Positions 30,544 to 43,881 are shown, numbered from the stretch's first letter. The stretch is DNA of 64,000 bases from Candidatus Saccharimonadota bacterium (GCA_024635455.1 JAGXIU010000003.1:354446-418445), one strand, 5' to 3'. The notes: generated by a model not told the origin, from the sequence alone. Translations and numbers: made by a program.

Positions 30544-31239
30544 TCAACTCTGGTAGCGCTGGAGCGCCTTTTCAGCCGCCTCAACTTGTCCTAATTGCTT
30601 GCTAGGGCCAGCTCCTTTACCGATCAACGTGCCGTCAACATAAACACCGACTGTAAAGACTTTATCGTGATCAGGGCCTTCCTCGCTTAACACCTTGTAG
30701 GACGGCGTATGGCCATCATTGCTTTGCGCTAACTCCTGTAAATGTGACTTCGGATCCATCCACGATCCAGTTTCCAAAATAGTTTTAAACGTTACCAGAA
30801 GGCTTTCGTGGATAAACTTTTTGGCCGCCGCATAGCCCTTGTCTAAGTAGATCGCACCAACTACAGCCTCGTAGGTGTTTGCGAGTATCTGCGCTCGAGC
30901 GCGATCGCTGCCCCGGCGCTCACCACGGCTCAATCGAAGCATCGGTTCAAACTCATGCTTCCGTGCTGCCTCACCAATGCTTTCAGTTCGCACCAAGCTA
31001 CTGCGCCAATTGGTTAATATACCCTCAGGATCATCGTAGTTCAGATATAAATATTCTGTTACAACCAGCTCAAGCACTGCATCACCGAGGAATTCCAGGC
31101 GCTCGTTATGCTCTTTAACAGTTTTTCTATGCTCATTCACATACGAACGATGTGTAAAAGCAGTTCGCAACAGCTCTATATCGTTAAATTCAAGCCCTAA
31201 TGTCGTACTAGCAAATGTTTTATATGCGCTTGTATCCAT
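30544..31239 (-). CDS. rnc: Ribonuclease III
   Basis: NERLEFLGDAVL signature; dsRBD DPKSHLQE. Confidence 0.97.
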   Translation of the reverse strand: MDTSAYKTFASTTLGLEFNDIELLRTAFTHRSYVNEHRKTVKEHNERLEFLGDAVLELVVTEYLYLNYDDPEGILTNWRSSLVRTESIGEAARKHEFEPMLRLSRGERRGSDRARAQILANTYEAVVGAIYLDKGYAAAKKFIHESLLVTFKTILETGSWMDPKSHLQELAQSNDGHTPSYKVLSEEGPDHDKVFTVGVYVDGTLIGKGAGPSKQLGQVEAAEKALQRYQS

Positions 31240-31247
31240 AAAACCTA

Positions 31248-31748
31248 TTATAACTTCTCTTGCCGAATCCGCTTGAGTGCAAGCAGTATCAGTTTACTGA
31301 TATCTTCGTAAGCAATAATATCCACAGCCTCAGTTGCCGGGAACCACTTAATCCCGTTCATCCAGTCCTCTGGTTTTAGATTATCGGTATCACCGAGGGC
31401 TTTTACTAAATAGATCTCTGTTGTCATCAGCACCAGACTCACTTGTCGCCGATATTGGAAGTTTATTTTACCGAGCCAGTTCAAAACCTGCATTTCTTGA
31501 AGACCAGTCTCTTCACCAATCTCACGCTCGGCTGTTTGACGAGCCTTTTCTCCTTCTTCAATATGCCCTTTTGGGATAGTCCAACGGTTTTTTGCATCCT
31601 GAATCAATAAAATCTCGACTGATTTGCCGTCCTTCGCACGGCGAAATATGACACCACCAGCGGTCGGTTCACGTACCACTTCTTTGATGCTTGGTTTGCG
31701 CTTATGGACAAACTTTTTAAATTCTTGAATTGGCTTCGGTCGCTTCAT
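31248..31748 (-). CDS. NUDIX hydrolase
   Basis: Nudix box PKGHIEEGE..TAEREIGEETG. Confidence 0.9.
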   Translation of the reverse strand: MKRPKPIQEFKKFVHKRKPSIKEVVREPTAGGVIFRRAKDGKSVEILLIQDAKNRWTIPKGHIEEGEKARQTAEREIGEETGLQEMQVLNWLGKINFQYRRQVSLVLMTTEIYLVKALGDTDNLKPEDWMNGIKWFPATEAVDIIAYEDISKLILLALKRIRQEKL

Positions 31749-31751
31749 AGC

Positions 31752-32276
31752 TTAACTTTCTTTCTTCTTGGTGGTTTTCTTGCTATCTAGTTTCTTTGGT
31801 TTTGTAGCTTTTGGCTTCTTAGCGTCCTTCTTGTCTGAGCTGCTCACAGCGTCTTCTAGTTGCTTTAGCAGGGTTCCAAGTACGCCATTAATAAATTTGC
31901 TAGAGTTTTCACCACCAAATGACTTAGCAAGCTCGATTGCTTCGTTAATAACAACCTTTGGCGGAACGTCTTTTTCATGAAGAAGCTCGTACGCTCCTAT
32001 CCGCAAAACAATCCTATCCATCCGTGCTATCTGATCAATCGGCCACTCCGGGGCAATTGGTTGAATAGTGGCATCAAGTTCATCTTGAGATTCTGTAATG
32101 TGCTCACACATGCGTGCAATAAAATCAACATCATCAACTATGTCTTTGTAGCGACGTATATTGCGCTTAAGAACTTTGCTCAGATTGAACGATGCATCAT
32201 TGCACGCAAGCCTCAGCTCTTGTTCATACAAGGTTTGTAATACAATGATTCGGCCAAGATGACGGTTTGATGCCAT
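31752..32276 (-). CDS. nusB: Transcription antitermination factor NusB
   Basis: DRIVLRIGAYEL, VVINEAIELAKSFG, FINGVLG. Confidence 0.95.
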   Translation of the reverse strand: MASNRHLGRIIVLQTLYEQELRLACNDASFNLSKVLKRNIRRYKDIVDDVDFIARMCEHITESQDELDATIQPIAPEWPIDQIARMDRIVLRIGAYELLHEKDVPPKVVINEAIELAKSFGGENSSKFINGVLGTLLKQLEDAVSSSDKKDAKKPKATKPKKLDSKKTTKKKES

Positions 32277-32339
32277 AAATAGTTATTCTCTTAAACGGTA
32301 AGGTGCATTGCGTATATGTTTATACGCAGATGAATTATG

Positions 32340-32492
32340 TTAACTTGCGGTCTTTTTTTTGCCACTCTCTTTTCGAGTGGTATACGCTTTGACTGGAGAG
32401 CTTGCATTAACGCGGCGAGCCAGTTTCACGATTGCGTGACTACGGCGCTGACGAGTTCTGCGCGGTGTCGTGCGCTTCTTTGGCTGTCCCAT
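32340..32492 (-). CDS. rpmF: 50S ribosomal protein L32, cysteine-free (not in the ORF track)
   Basis: MGQPKKRTTPRRTRQRRSHAIVKLARRVNASSPVKAYTTRKESGKKKTAS; AGGAGG RBS; upstream of nusB-rnc. Confidence 0.85.
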   Translation of the reverse strand: MGQPKKRTTPRRTRQRRSHAIVKLARRVNASSPVKAYTTRKESGKKKTAS

Positions 32493-32614
32493 GTGACGGC
32501 CTCCTTCCTGAATTACCTTTATACAACTTGCCCATTAGTATACCGGAGGCGTGTTTAGAACTCAAGCCGTGTCTATTGACACATTTGAGTTATCATATAA
32601 TCGTAAATCAGCCG

Positions 32615-35083
32615 CTACTTCTCTGTGACGACAAAATTAACAAGTTTTTGCGGAACGTAAATCGTTTTTACTACTTCACCTGCCTGTAAATATTCAGCAA
32701 CTCGTTTATTATCTTTTGCCTGGGCGACAATATCGTCCTTCTGTGCATCGGTAGACACTTCTACATTCGCACGAACTTTTCCATTCACCTGTACAACAAT
32801 ATTCAAGCTGTCTTGAGCGAGGTATGATTCATTGTGTTTCGGCCAATCACTCTGATGGATTGAGTCGGTCTGACCCAGCTCATGCCACAACTCCTCAGTA
32901 ATATGAGGGGCAAAAGGAGCCAATAGTTGCAAGAGTGAGAGGATAGCGAACCACCATTGCTCGGATTGTTCGAGGCTGTGAGACTGTTTTATCTTATAGT
33001 ACTCATTGACTGCCGCCATCATACTGGCTATCGCTGTATTGAACTTGTGCTGCTCTATGTCATTGGTAACTTTTTTTATCGTGCTGTGTGAGACAAATAA
33101 GAGTTCTTGCGCTACATCATCAGTGGTTTTGCCTACTTTGGTCGACAAAAATTCGTGTGTGAGCGTCCATACCCGGCTCAAGAACCGGTGGGCTCCCGGG
33201 ATGCCTTGTGGGTCCCAAAGTACATCTAGCTCAACAGGTGCAGCGAACATTTCGTACAACCGTAAAGCATCCGCCCCGTATCCGCTTTCGATGACTTCGA
33301 GCGGGTCTACGCCGTTTCCTTTGCTCTTACTGAACATTGATCCGTCAGACGCTCTGACCTTGCCGTTATACACCATACGAGCAAATGGCTCTGGTGTTCC
33401 AACAAGACCAAGCTTGTAGAAAAACCTCATAAAGAAACGAGCGTACAGCAAGTGAGCTGTTGCATGATCGCCACCATTGTAAAAATCTACCGGTAGCCAC
33501 TTTTTTACTAGTTCACTGTCCCAAGCTTGTGACGAATCGTGTGGGCTAATGTAGCGGAGAAAATACCAGCTCGAGCAAACATAACCATCCATGGTATCCG
33601 TCTCTCGTTTGGCTGGCTTGTCGCACGTTGGACAAGCTACATTGACCCAATCTTCAACCCCAGCTAATACAGAGGCGTTGCCACCTGTTGGCTTGTAGTT
33701 CTTAATCTCAGGCAACTCAACCGGAAGGTCCTTTTCTGGCACAGCGACAGCTCCACAATCATCACAGTGAATAATCGGTATTGGCGCACCCCAATATCGT
33801 TGTCGTGAGATAAGCCAATCACGCATCTTATACTGCACTTTCGCGCTTGCCTTATCCTGCTTCTCCAGATCTGTCACGATAGCCGCTTGCGCTTCAACTG
33901 AGTTCATGCCGTTATACTTATCTGAGTTAACAAGCTCTCCCGATCCGGTGAATATATCGTTATCTTTTTCTGCATTATTTACAGGAACAACGACTTCCGT
34001 GATAGGAATTTCAAAAGCCTCAGCGAACGCGTAGTCACGTTCGTCATGGGCAGGGACTGCCATGATAGCACCGGTACCGTACCCCATAAGCACGTAATCA
34101 GCTATCCAGATAGGCATGTCTTGGTTATTGATCGGATTAACAGCGTATGCTCCAGTAAATACACCTGTCTTGTCGGTGTTTACTTCTTGCCGCTCTATAT
34201 CGCTTTTTATTTGCGCCTGTCGGACATACGCCTCTACGTCAGATTTATTTTTATCGGTCGTTATCTCGGCTACTAACGGATGCTCGGGTGCCAACACCAT
34301 AAATGTTGCCCCGTATAACGTATCTGGACGAGTTGTAAACGCTTGTACCGACTGCTGGCTCTCCTTGATCGCAAAAGTAATTTCTGCGCCCTCACTGCGT
34401 CCAATCCAGCTTTTTTGTGAAGCCTTAACAGACTCAGTCCAATCGAGCTCATCAGTTGCTTGTAATATCTCATCAGCATACTCAGTAATCTTGAAAAACC
34501 ACTGTTTCAGGTTCTTTTTGGTCACCATCGGGTCATCCTCACCATCATGACGCCAACACTTGCCTGCCAACACCTGCTCATCCGCTAGAACAGTCATACA
34601 TTGATTGCACCACCACTGCGGGCTTTCCTTCTGGTACGCCAAATCGTGTTCGAACAGTTTGCTGAATATCCACTGAGTCCACTTGTAGTACTCTGGGTCA
34701 GTTGTATTGATCTCTTTTGACCAGTCAACTGCCCAACCCATTGCTTGGTATTGCTTATGGTATTTTGCAATTGCATCTTTCGTAGAAATTTGAGGTGATA
34801 CACCCGTCTTAATGGCGTAATTTTCCGCCGGAAGCCCAAACGAGTCCCAGCCAATTGCCTGATACGACTCATAACCCTGCTGACGCTTATATCGAGTTAT
34901 TACATCTGGGATAGTGTAGTTACGCACGTGCCCAACGTGGATACCGGCACCACTTGGATAATTAAACATACCAAAGCCTATATACTTTGGCTTCTTACTC
35001 GATAAATCGGTCGAATAGGTACCGTCTTCAAGCCAGCTTTTTTGCCATTTTGGTTCAATATCTTTTGGGTTATAACGCCTCAT
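32615..35083 (-). CDS. leuS: Leucine--tRNA ligase
   Basis: MFNYPSG..HVGH, GTGAIMAVPAHDERD, DWLISRQRYWG, FSKSKGN. Confidence 0.97.
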   Translation of the reverse strand: MRRYNPKDIEPKWQKSWLEDGTYSTDLSSKKPKYIGFGMFNYPSGAGIHVGHVRNYTIPDVITRYKRQQGYESYQAIGWDSFGLPAENYAIKTGVSPQISTKDAIAKYHKQYQAMGWAVDWSKEINTTDPEYYKWTQWIFSKLFEHDLAYQKESPQWWCNQCMTVLADEQVLAGKCWRHDGEDDPMVTKKNLKQWFFKITEYADEILQATDELDWTESVKASQKSWIGRSEGAEITFAIKESQQSVQAFTTRPDTLYGATFMVLAPEHPLVAEITTDKNKSDVEAYVRQAQIKSDIERQEVNTDKTGVFTGAYAVNPINNQDMPIWIADYVLMGYGTGAIMAVPAHDERDYAFAEAFEIPITEVVVPVNNAEKDNDIFTGSGELVNSDKYNGMNSVEAQAAIVTDLEKQDKASAKVQYKMRDWLISRQRYWGAPIPIIHCDDCGAVAVPEKDLPVELPEIKNYKPTGGNASVLAGVEDWVNVACPTCDKPAKRETDTMDGYVCSSWYFLRYISPHDSSQAWDSELVKKWLPVDFYNGGDHATAHLLYARFFMRFFYKLGLVGTPEPFARMVYNGKVRASDGSMFSKSKGNGVDPLEVIESGYGADALRLYEMFAAPVELDVLWDPQGIPGAHRFLSRVWTLTHEFLSTKVGKTTDDVAQELLFVSHSTIKKVTNDIEQHKFNTAIASMMAAVNEYYKIKQSHSLEQSEQWWFAILSLLQLLAPFAPHITEELWHELGQTDSIHQSDWPKHNESYLAQDSLNIVVQVNGKVRANVEVSTDAQKDDIVAQAKDNKRVAEYLQAGEVVKTIYVPQKLVNFVVTEK

Positions 35084-35138
35084 ACTCGTGCCATTATACG
35101 ATACAGGTAGCCTTAGGTCGAAAAAACCTTAGAATCGA

Positions 35139-36386
35139 TTATGAAAACAGTTGGCTTTTTTTGCGGAGCCAGGCTGGAGATTGTCGCACTAATTGCTCAG
35201 CATCTTCCGGTTTGGCAAGCAACGGCTTAATGGCTTCTTCTAGGAACACACCATTTTGTGAGCCTTTGAATAATATGGTTAAACCATCGCCAAGCTTTGA
35301 CTTCAAGTGGTCAGCAACCGCATATGGTGAATCAAATGCGATGACCAAATTCCCCTTTGCCCGAGCAGCGTCCGCCAGGAAAGTTTTAGCATCTGGGCCA
35401 ATGACTATAACTTCTTCTAGTTGCTTATTGTCACAGTAATTACCGATTCGTTCATGCTCGTTCTGGCTGTGTTCACCCATCTCGTTCATATTGCCAATAA
35501 CTGCAATTTTACGCGGAGCGTCCACGGCGTACAGCGTGTCGAGCGCTGCCACGACTGCATCTGGGCTGGCGTTATAGCTATCATCTATGGCTATAACGCC
35601 AGATGCGAGTTTTAGTATATTCATCCGTCCGGCCATCGCAGTAACTGCAGCCAAGCTGGATACCTTATCTTTAATATCTAGATTAAGTGCTTCGCCAACA
35701 AGATAAGCTGCAATGAGTACTTTATGCATATGCACACCGATCAATTCAGTCTGTACAGATATATTGAGCTGGTTATGATGCAAGTCAACAGCTTGATCAC
35801 TTGAAGTAGCCCAAACTGTTGCCTCGCGAGACGTGCCATATGATTGATACTGCGTAAGGCCTGCTCGAAACTCCTGAGCCACATCGTCAATGTTTATAAT
35901 TAGTCGCTCCGCATAAGATGCGATTGCTAACTCTTCTTCTGCTACCGACTCAATGTCGTTAAAAAACTCCATATGCTCTGCTGCAATAGCCGTAACAACT
36001 GCCACGTCAGGCCGCAGATAGGCGGCAAATTCTGCTATCTGACCAGGACCATCGGTGCCAAGCTCAAGTACTACAACATCGTAGGGATAATCTCGTTGTA
36101 GTTGGTACTCGATGTGCAAAAACCGCCACAGCCAGGCAAATGGATTATATAAATGTGGCAGTCGTAGACCAAAAAAGACAAAAGGTACACTCAAAATATC
36201 GTTATAATTGCCGACTTGATAACGCACTCGATATTCGTGGCCAATATACTGTGCAATAGCCCGCTTGGTGCTCGTCTTGCCGACACTACCTACGACAGCG
36301 ACAACCAAGAAATCTCGCTTCGCCCGCAGCCGACGAACCTGCCAGCCAAGTAACCTCGCGATTATTTGTTTTATTTTTCGTTTCAT
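35139..36386 (-). CDS. murF: UDP-MurNAc-tripeptide--D-Ala-D-Ala ligase
   Basis: GSVGKTSTK, IDDSYNASP, GNMNEMG, FKGSQ. Confidence 0.88.
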   Translation of the reverse strand: MKRKIKQIIARLLGWQVRRLRAKRDFLVVAVVGSVGKTSTKRAIAQYIGHEYRVRYQVGNYNDILSVPFVFFGLRLPHLYNPFAWLWRFLHIEYQLQRDYPYDVVVLELGTDGPGQIAEFAAYLRPDVAVVTAIAAEHMEFFNDIESVAEEELAIASYAERLIINIDDVAQEFRAGLTQYQSYGTSREATVWATSSDQAVDLHHNQLNISVQTELIGVHMHKVLIAAYLVGEALNLDIKDKVSSLAAVTAMAGRMNILKLASGVIAIDDSYNASPDAVVAALDTLYAVDAPRKIAVIGNMNEMGEHSQNEHERIGNYCDNKQLEEVIVIGPDAKTFLADAARAKGNLVIAFDSPYAVADHLKSKLGDGLTILFKGSQNGVFLEEAIKPLLAKPEDAEQLVRQSPAWLRKKSQLFS

Positions 36387-36427
36387 GTCGAGGGAGAACA
36401 AGCTTAAGCGTACTTGCTGTTTGTTAT

Positions 36428-37414
36428 TTACCGCACGTCCTGCAGGCGTTGTTGTAGCACGTTTGCAGGTACAGTATCTTCATCTTTCGGTATATCTACT
36501 GTTTGCAGTAAGCCAAAGTCACGGATTATTTCCTGTCGGTCATCTTGTCCGTATTCGATAAAGACTGGTTGACGGCTTAATACATCAACCTCAAGTGTAA
36601 AGCGCACGGGTTCGACGCTGCGGAACTGAGCTGGGTTTACATTTTGCAGTTGCGTCAAGCCTTGCAATTCTGCCAGCTGTTTTAGGTACGCCACGTACGG
36701 TTCAGGTTGCAGAAGTACGGGGTAGCTATATGTCATCCGACCATCCCGTTCGAACTTCTCGATACCAAGATAATCTATTTGATACATTTGCGTCTCTTGA
36801 GTAAATTCATACAAACGTTTTTGGTCAGTTGGGCTCAAATTAGCAAATGGAAGTACGCCCAGTGTCGCCTCACTGTAAGCTTCACCCTGCACGCCTTGCC
36901 CTATCTGCGGTTGACTTACACCCCAGATACCGACTACATCGCTGAAGTCAAATTCTGAGCCATCATCACGTTTCTCAGAAGTTTCTACGGTAGTGTAACG
37001 AACGTAGTCACGTTCTGGTGTGCCGATCTCCTCTGTAACCACGCGAGCAGTCGTAAAGCCACTTTGCGTGATAGTCGTTTCACCGGATACCACCGCTTGA
37101 CCACCAAGATGCAAACGATTGACTTGCCTCAGACTTTGCTGGGCGACATCCTGTTCTATTACTTTTGTAACCGACTGTGTGCTGAGTGTGTTCTTGATCA
37201 TATCCTGGAACACTCGGTCTTCATCAATAAATATAAATTGCCACCACAGGAACACTCCGGTCACCATGACGACAAGGCTTACAAATGTAGCTGCCTTAAT
37301 GCCTGCTGTTGATATGATTGGACGACTGATTTTAGGAGCTGAAGATTTTGTTTTCTTCTGTCGGTTTTTCTTAAACCGTAGACCACCCTTAATACGTTTG
37401 AATAGTTGTTTCAT
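36428..37414 (-). CDS. Membrane-anchored hypothetical protein
   Basis: Basic N-terminus, single TM, beta-rich extracytoplasmic domain. Confidence 0.7.
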   Translation of the reverse strand: MKQLFKRIKGGLRFKKNRQKKTKSSAPKISRPIISTAGIKAATFVSLVVMVTGVFLWWQFIFIDEDRVFQDMIKNTLSTQSVTKVIEQDVAQQSLRQVNRLHLGGQAVVSGETTITQSGFTTARVVTEEIGTPERDYVRYTTVETSEKRDDGSEFDFSDVVGIWGVSQPQIGQGVQGEAYSEATLGVLPFANLSPTDQKRLYEFTQETQMYQIDYLGIEKFERDGRMTYSYPVLLQPEPYVAYLKQLAELQGLTQLQNVNPAQFRSVEPVRFTLEVDVLSRQPVFIEYGQDDRQEIIRDFGLLQTVDIPKDEDTVPANVLQQRLQDVR

Positions 37415-37578
37415 GCCCTACATTGTAACAGTTTTTCCCAGCGACGTATTGTTTCCTGACGACAACGCAGGATTGAGCCAATGCTGCTCTTTGAGCTCCC
37501 TAAGTAAAATAGTGTAGAATAGTCCCTGCTAAGCAACTGAAGTGATTAGTTGTAAGCCGTAACTCTTGTTCTTTTGAT

Positions 37579-37655
37579 GGGGCATTGGCGCAGTTGGCTA
37601 GCGCGCCTCAATGGCATTGAGGAGGTCATCGGTTCGAATCCGATATGCTCCACCA
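37579..37655 (+). tRNA. tRNA-Ala(GGC)
   Basis: GGGGCAT..CCTCA-ATGGCAT-TGAGG..GGTTCGAATCC..ATGCTCCACCA. Confidence 0.95.
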
Positions 37656-37695
37656 AAAGACACAAGAATACTGCAGACTCATTGTATGCACCATC

Positions 37696-37727
37696 TATAA
37701 ACCCGACAGCCGGCTGTCGGGTTTATA
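37696..37727. repeat. Perfect 32-bp palindrome (palindromic repeat copy 2; possible tRNA terminator)
   Basis: TATAAACCCGACAGCC|GGCTGTCGGGTTTATA. Confidence 0.85.
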
Positions 37728-37775
37728 TTTTCCCATCTTAACCGCAGAAAAATATGTGTATTTTGATAAATAATT

Positions 37776-37915
37776 AAAAAGCCCTGTGTAGCACGTAGCT
37801 ATGCAGAGCTCTTTAAAATTCGTGCGCCCCCACCCTTGCGACGGGTGGCGCTAATACTAAAATAATTTATGTTTTGTTATTTTTGTTTCACACGTCGCAG
37901 GTAGACGCACGAAGT
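37776..37915 (-). ncRNA. Candidate stand-alone ~140-nt sRNA
   Basis: TTGACA-N17-TAAACT promoter (37950-37922), A/C-rich tract, GC hairpin, terminator; no ORF. Confidence 0.5.
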
Positions 37916-37990
37916 ACCATAAGTTTAACCCGTATTAATAACCGTGTCAACAATAATAAACAGAGGCGAGCAAGTGACGCCCCACTGTCA

Positions 37991-40938
<2,948 letters not shown>

Positions 40939-40948
40939 ACAGAAAACC

Positions 40949-41827
40949 TCATGCGCCACTTCCCATTTCTCGTAACCGCTTCACCCGCTCTTCTACTGGT
41001 GGATGAGTCGAAAAAAGCTTGGCAAGCTTATTGCCACGCAGTGGATTAGCAAAAAACAAGTGGGCAGTTGCTGTATGTTGCGCTTTCGTCGCGCTACCAT
41101 ATTGCCCAATCTTCTCGAGTGCTCGTGCCAACCCCTCTGGGTAACGAGTCGTCAGTGCACCACTGGCATCAGCTAAATACTCACGCTTTCTAGATATAGA
41201 CAATTGAATCAGCTTGGCAATGAGAGGAGTAATAATTGCCGCTAATATACCAATAATTATAATGAAGCCGCCGCCATTATTGTTTCGGTTACTGCCGCCA
41301 AACCAAGTCATGCGAATCATAATGTCAGCCAAGAGTGAGATAACAACCACAAGCGCGAACGCAATCATAGTCACTCGTATATCGTAGTTTTTGACATGTC
41401 CGAGCTCGTGCGCCATAACACCTTGTAGCTCTGTGTCATCCATAATATCCATCAATCCTGTGGTTGCACAGACTACAGCATGCCTCGGGTCTCGACCGGT
41501 TGCGAATGCATTCGGAGCTGGATCATCCATGATGCACACTCTCGGCATCGGCATTCCTTCTGTAATCGCTAGGTTCTCTACGATTCGATATAGACGAGGG
41601 TTGTCGCGTTTCTGAATTTCTTTCGCACCGTTAATTGCCAGCGCCATTCGTGATCCGCTCAGGTAACTAATGAAAGCGTATACGCCTGCTCCTATCAGCA
41701 CGTAAGGTGTGATAGCGGGTTCACCGACGTACCAACCGAACAGCCAACCGAGCCCACTTACTAGTACCACAAAGAAAAGCATCAAAAATACAGTTTTTCG
41801 TTTATTGCTCGCTATTTGTTTATACAC
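40949..41827 (-). CDS. htpX: Zinc metalloprotease HtpX (M48)
   Basis: PNAFATG, HELGH, SRKREYLAD, FSTHPP. Confidence 0.93.
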   Translation of the reverse strand: MYKQIASNKRKTVFLMLFFVVLVSGLGWLFGWYVGEPAITPYVLIGAGVYAFISYLSGSRMALAINGAKEIQKRDNPRLYRIVENLAITEGMPMPRVCIMDDPAPNAFATGRDPRHAVVCATTGLMDIMDDTELQGVMAHELGHVKNYDIRVTMIAFALVVVISLLADIMIRMTWFGGSNRNNNGGGFIIIIGILAAIITPLIAKLIQLSISRKREYLADASGALTTRYPEGLARALEKIGQYGSATKAQHTATAHLFFANPLRGNKLAKLFSTHPPVEERVKRLREMGSGA

Positions 41828-41873
41828 GTGAGTATGCCTCGATTAGTATCTGAAATAAGAAGAATAGGCTTGA

Positions 41874-42428
41874 TTAAAACTTAACTTCTGGTGCCTGGGC
41901 AATCTTAGCTGCTTCCGGCTCGTCAACCTCAAAAAAGTCGCGTTCTTTGAATCCTAGCATGCCAGCAATTAGGTTTGTTGGAAATACTTGAATCTTAATA
42001 TTTAGGTCACGAGTAGAGCCGTTATAGAAGCGTCGAACTGCTTGAATCTTATCCTCAGTGTCAACTAATTCTTCCTGTAGGTGCTTGAAGTTTTCGTTGG
42101 CCTTCAAGTCAGGATAATTTTCAGCTACGGCAAACAGGCTCTTCAGTGTCTCTTGGAACATGTTTTCTGCCTGAGCAGTTTCCTTGACGCTATCGGCGTT
42201 GTCTACGCCAGCTCGTGCTTCTGTAACTTTTGTGAATACTTCTTTTTCGTGCTTTGCGTAACCTTTGACTGTATCGATAAGGTTTGGTATTAGATCTGAA
42301 CGCCGCTTCAGCTGGACGGTGATGTCACTCCAGGCTTCCTCAACGCGAACCTTAGCATGGACAAGGCTATTGTAGAGTACGATGATGCCGACGATGATTA
42401 CCGCCAGAGCAATAAATATATATAACAT
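41874..42428 (-). CDS. lemA: LemA family protein
   Basis: AWSDITVQLKRRSDLIPNL, AENYPDLKANENF. Confidence 0.95.
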   Translation of the reverse strand: MLYIFIALAVIIVGIIVLYNSLVHAKVRVEEAWSDITVQLKRRSDLIPNLIDTVKGYAKHEKEVFTKVTEARAGVDNADSVKETAQAENMFQETLKSLFAVAENYPDLKANENFKHLQEELVDTEDKIQAVRRFYNGSTRDLNIKIQVFPTNLIAGMLGFKERDFFEVDEPEAAKIAQAPEVKF

Positions 42429-42541
42429 AAGTGTTGTTTCTCCCTCTTCTTTTGTAAGCTTAATTATACGGTAATCAAACAGTATTTGAAAGTATAAATA
42501 ACCCTATATATCTAACACAACCTAGCGTATAATTGGAGCAT

Positions 42542-43150
42542 ATGAAAAAGCTTTTCAAGGGTGTAAGCCTCAAACAGACACTTCCGTATATCCTCATTGT
42601 TGGTGGATTAATTGGCCTACTATCCTCTATAACACTTACTGCGCAGCGATTCTCTGCCCTCAAGGACCCAAATTTTATACCCTCGTGCAACATCAGTCCA
42701 TTGGTTAGCTGCACTAGTGTCTCGGATACGCCTTACGCCGATATGCTTGGATTTCCTGACACCTTGCTCGGAGTTGCAGCGTTTTCAGTGCTTATCACTG
42801 TTGGTATGGCGCTCATAGCAGGCGCAAACTTCAAACGTTGGTTCTGGGTCGGGTTACAGCTCGGTGTCACGATTGGTTTAGTTGGCATGCACGCATTTTT
42901 CTTCACCAGCGTCTATCTAATAGGCGCGTTATGTATTTACTGCATGATTGTCTGGACAGTAACTATCCCGATTTTTTGGTACACGACACTATATAACTTG
43001 CGGCAAAAACATATCACCACGCCGAAGCGTATGGAAAAATTCGTAGCGTTCATACAGAAGTATCATGGCGACATACTATTTGTTTGGTACGCCATCATTA
43101 TCGGGCTCATTCTTAATCAGTTCTGGGATTATTGGGTATCCCTGCTGTAG
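42542..43150 (+). CDS. Vitamin K epoxide reductase (VKOR) family protein
   Basis: CNISPLVSC loop, GFP, LCIYC active site. Confidence 0.9.
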   Translation: MKKLFKGVSLKQTLPYILIVGGLIGLLSSITLTAQRFSALKDPNFIPSCNISPLVSCTSVSDTPYADMLGFPDTLLGVAAFSVLITVGMALIAGANFKRWFWVGLQLGVTIGLVGMHAFFFTSVYLIGALCIYCMIVWTVTIPIFWYTTLYNLRQKHITTPKRMEKFVAFIQKYHGDILFVWYAIIIGLILNQFWDYWVSLL

Positions 43151-43179
43151 TCTATCGAAGCTGCATCGAATACGTAAAA

Positions 43180-43216
43180 CCAAAGCAAATACCCACCCGC
43201 GAGGTAGGGTATTTTC
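43180..43216. repeat. Degenerate copy of the tRNA-Gly element hairpin (bidirectional terminator-like)
   Basis: CCAAAGCAAATACCC..AGGGTATTTTC resembles CCAAGAAAAATACCCT..AGGGTACTTTTC. Confidence 0.5.
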
Positions 43217-43242
43217 ATTAGCGCCAGATAGTATGCGCGTGT

Positions 43243-43881
43243 CTATTCGAGGCTGAATGGAGGATATTTATCAGTAGTCAGAAGAACAGCATATGCGGTG
43301 ACTCGCCAGCCCCAACGTACAACGCCGACAACAAAATCAAATAAACTTTTAGGATATGTGCCCGTAAGCAATATCGCAAACCATGCTATAACCGTCACAA
43401 ATAATACGGCAACACCAAGAAATCCTAGGACAATGTAATGAGGGATTGCTAAGAACCATTTAATAAGTGGTGCTAGGCTGTTTAAGTCTTTTTCTACATT
43501 TGGGTACTTAATATCCAAGTGGACGTCCTGCTGTTCGTCTGTAGAAGGATAACGATCAGTTAACAACAAGATATATGCCATTACCCTGAGTGAAAAACGA
43601 TTTAATTCTAGGTTGAAGTTGAACCACCACTTTGGATACTTTTGTCGGAACAGTATCATTAACAGGGTTGCCAAGAATAACCCGCCAACTATACCTCCAC
43701 CACTGCTAGCGATCCCACTACTTTGCTCAGCGTTAAATTCAATAACTCCCTCGCCGGACAAAGCTGACAAGATCACAAAAATCGGAATAGCCATTATCAG
43801 CCGAAAGAAAGTCGTTACACGATCTAGTTTTTTAGGATAATCGATTTTTAGGCTTGCCGGGTAAGTGTCTTTTGTAAACAT
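43243..43881 (-). CDS. DUF4389 membrane protein
   Basis: Two repeats FRLIMAIP..LTDRYPS and KWFLAIPHY..TDKYPPFSL. Confidence 0.88.
   Translation of the reverse strand: MFTKDTYPASLKIDYPKKLDRVTTFFRLIMAIPIFVILSALSGEGVIEFNAEQSSGIASSGGGIVGGLFLATLLMILFRQKYPKWWFNFNLELNRFSLRVMAYILLLTDRYPSTDEQQDVHLDIKYPNVEKDLNSLAPLIKWFLAIPHYIVLGFLGVAVLFVTVIAWFAILLTGTYPKSLFDFVVGVVRWGWRVTAYAVLLTTDKYPPFSLE

Noticed and set aside
35084..35140. T-box leader for leuS
   Set aside because: Only about 55 bp intergenic and no T-box motif seen.
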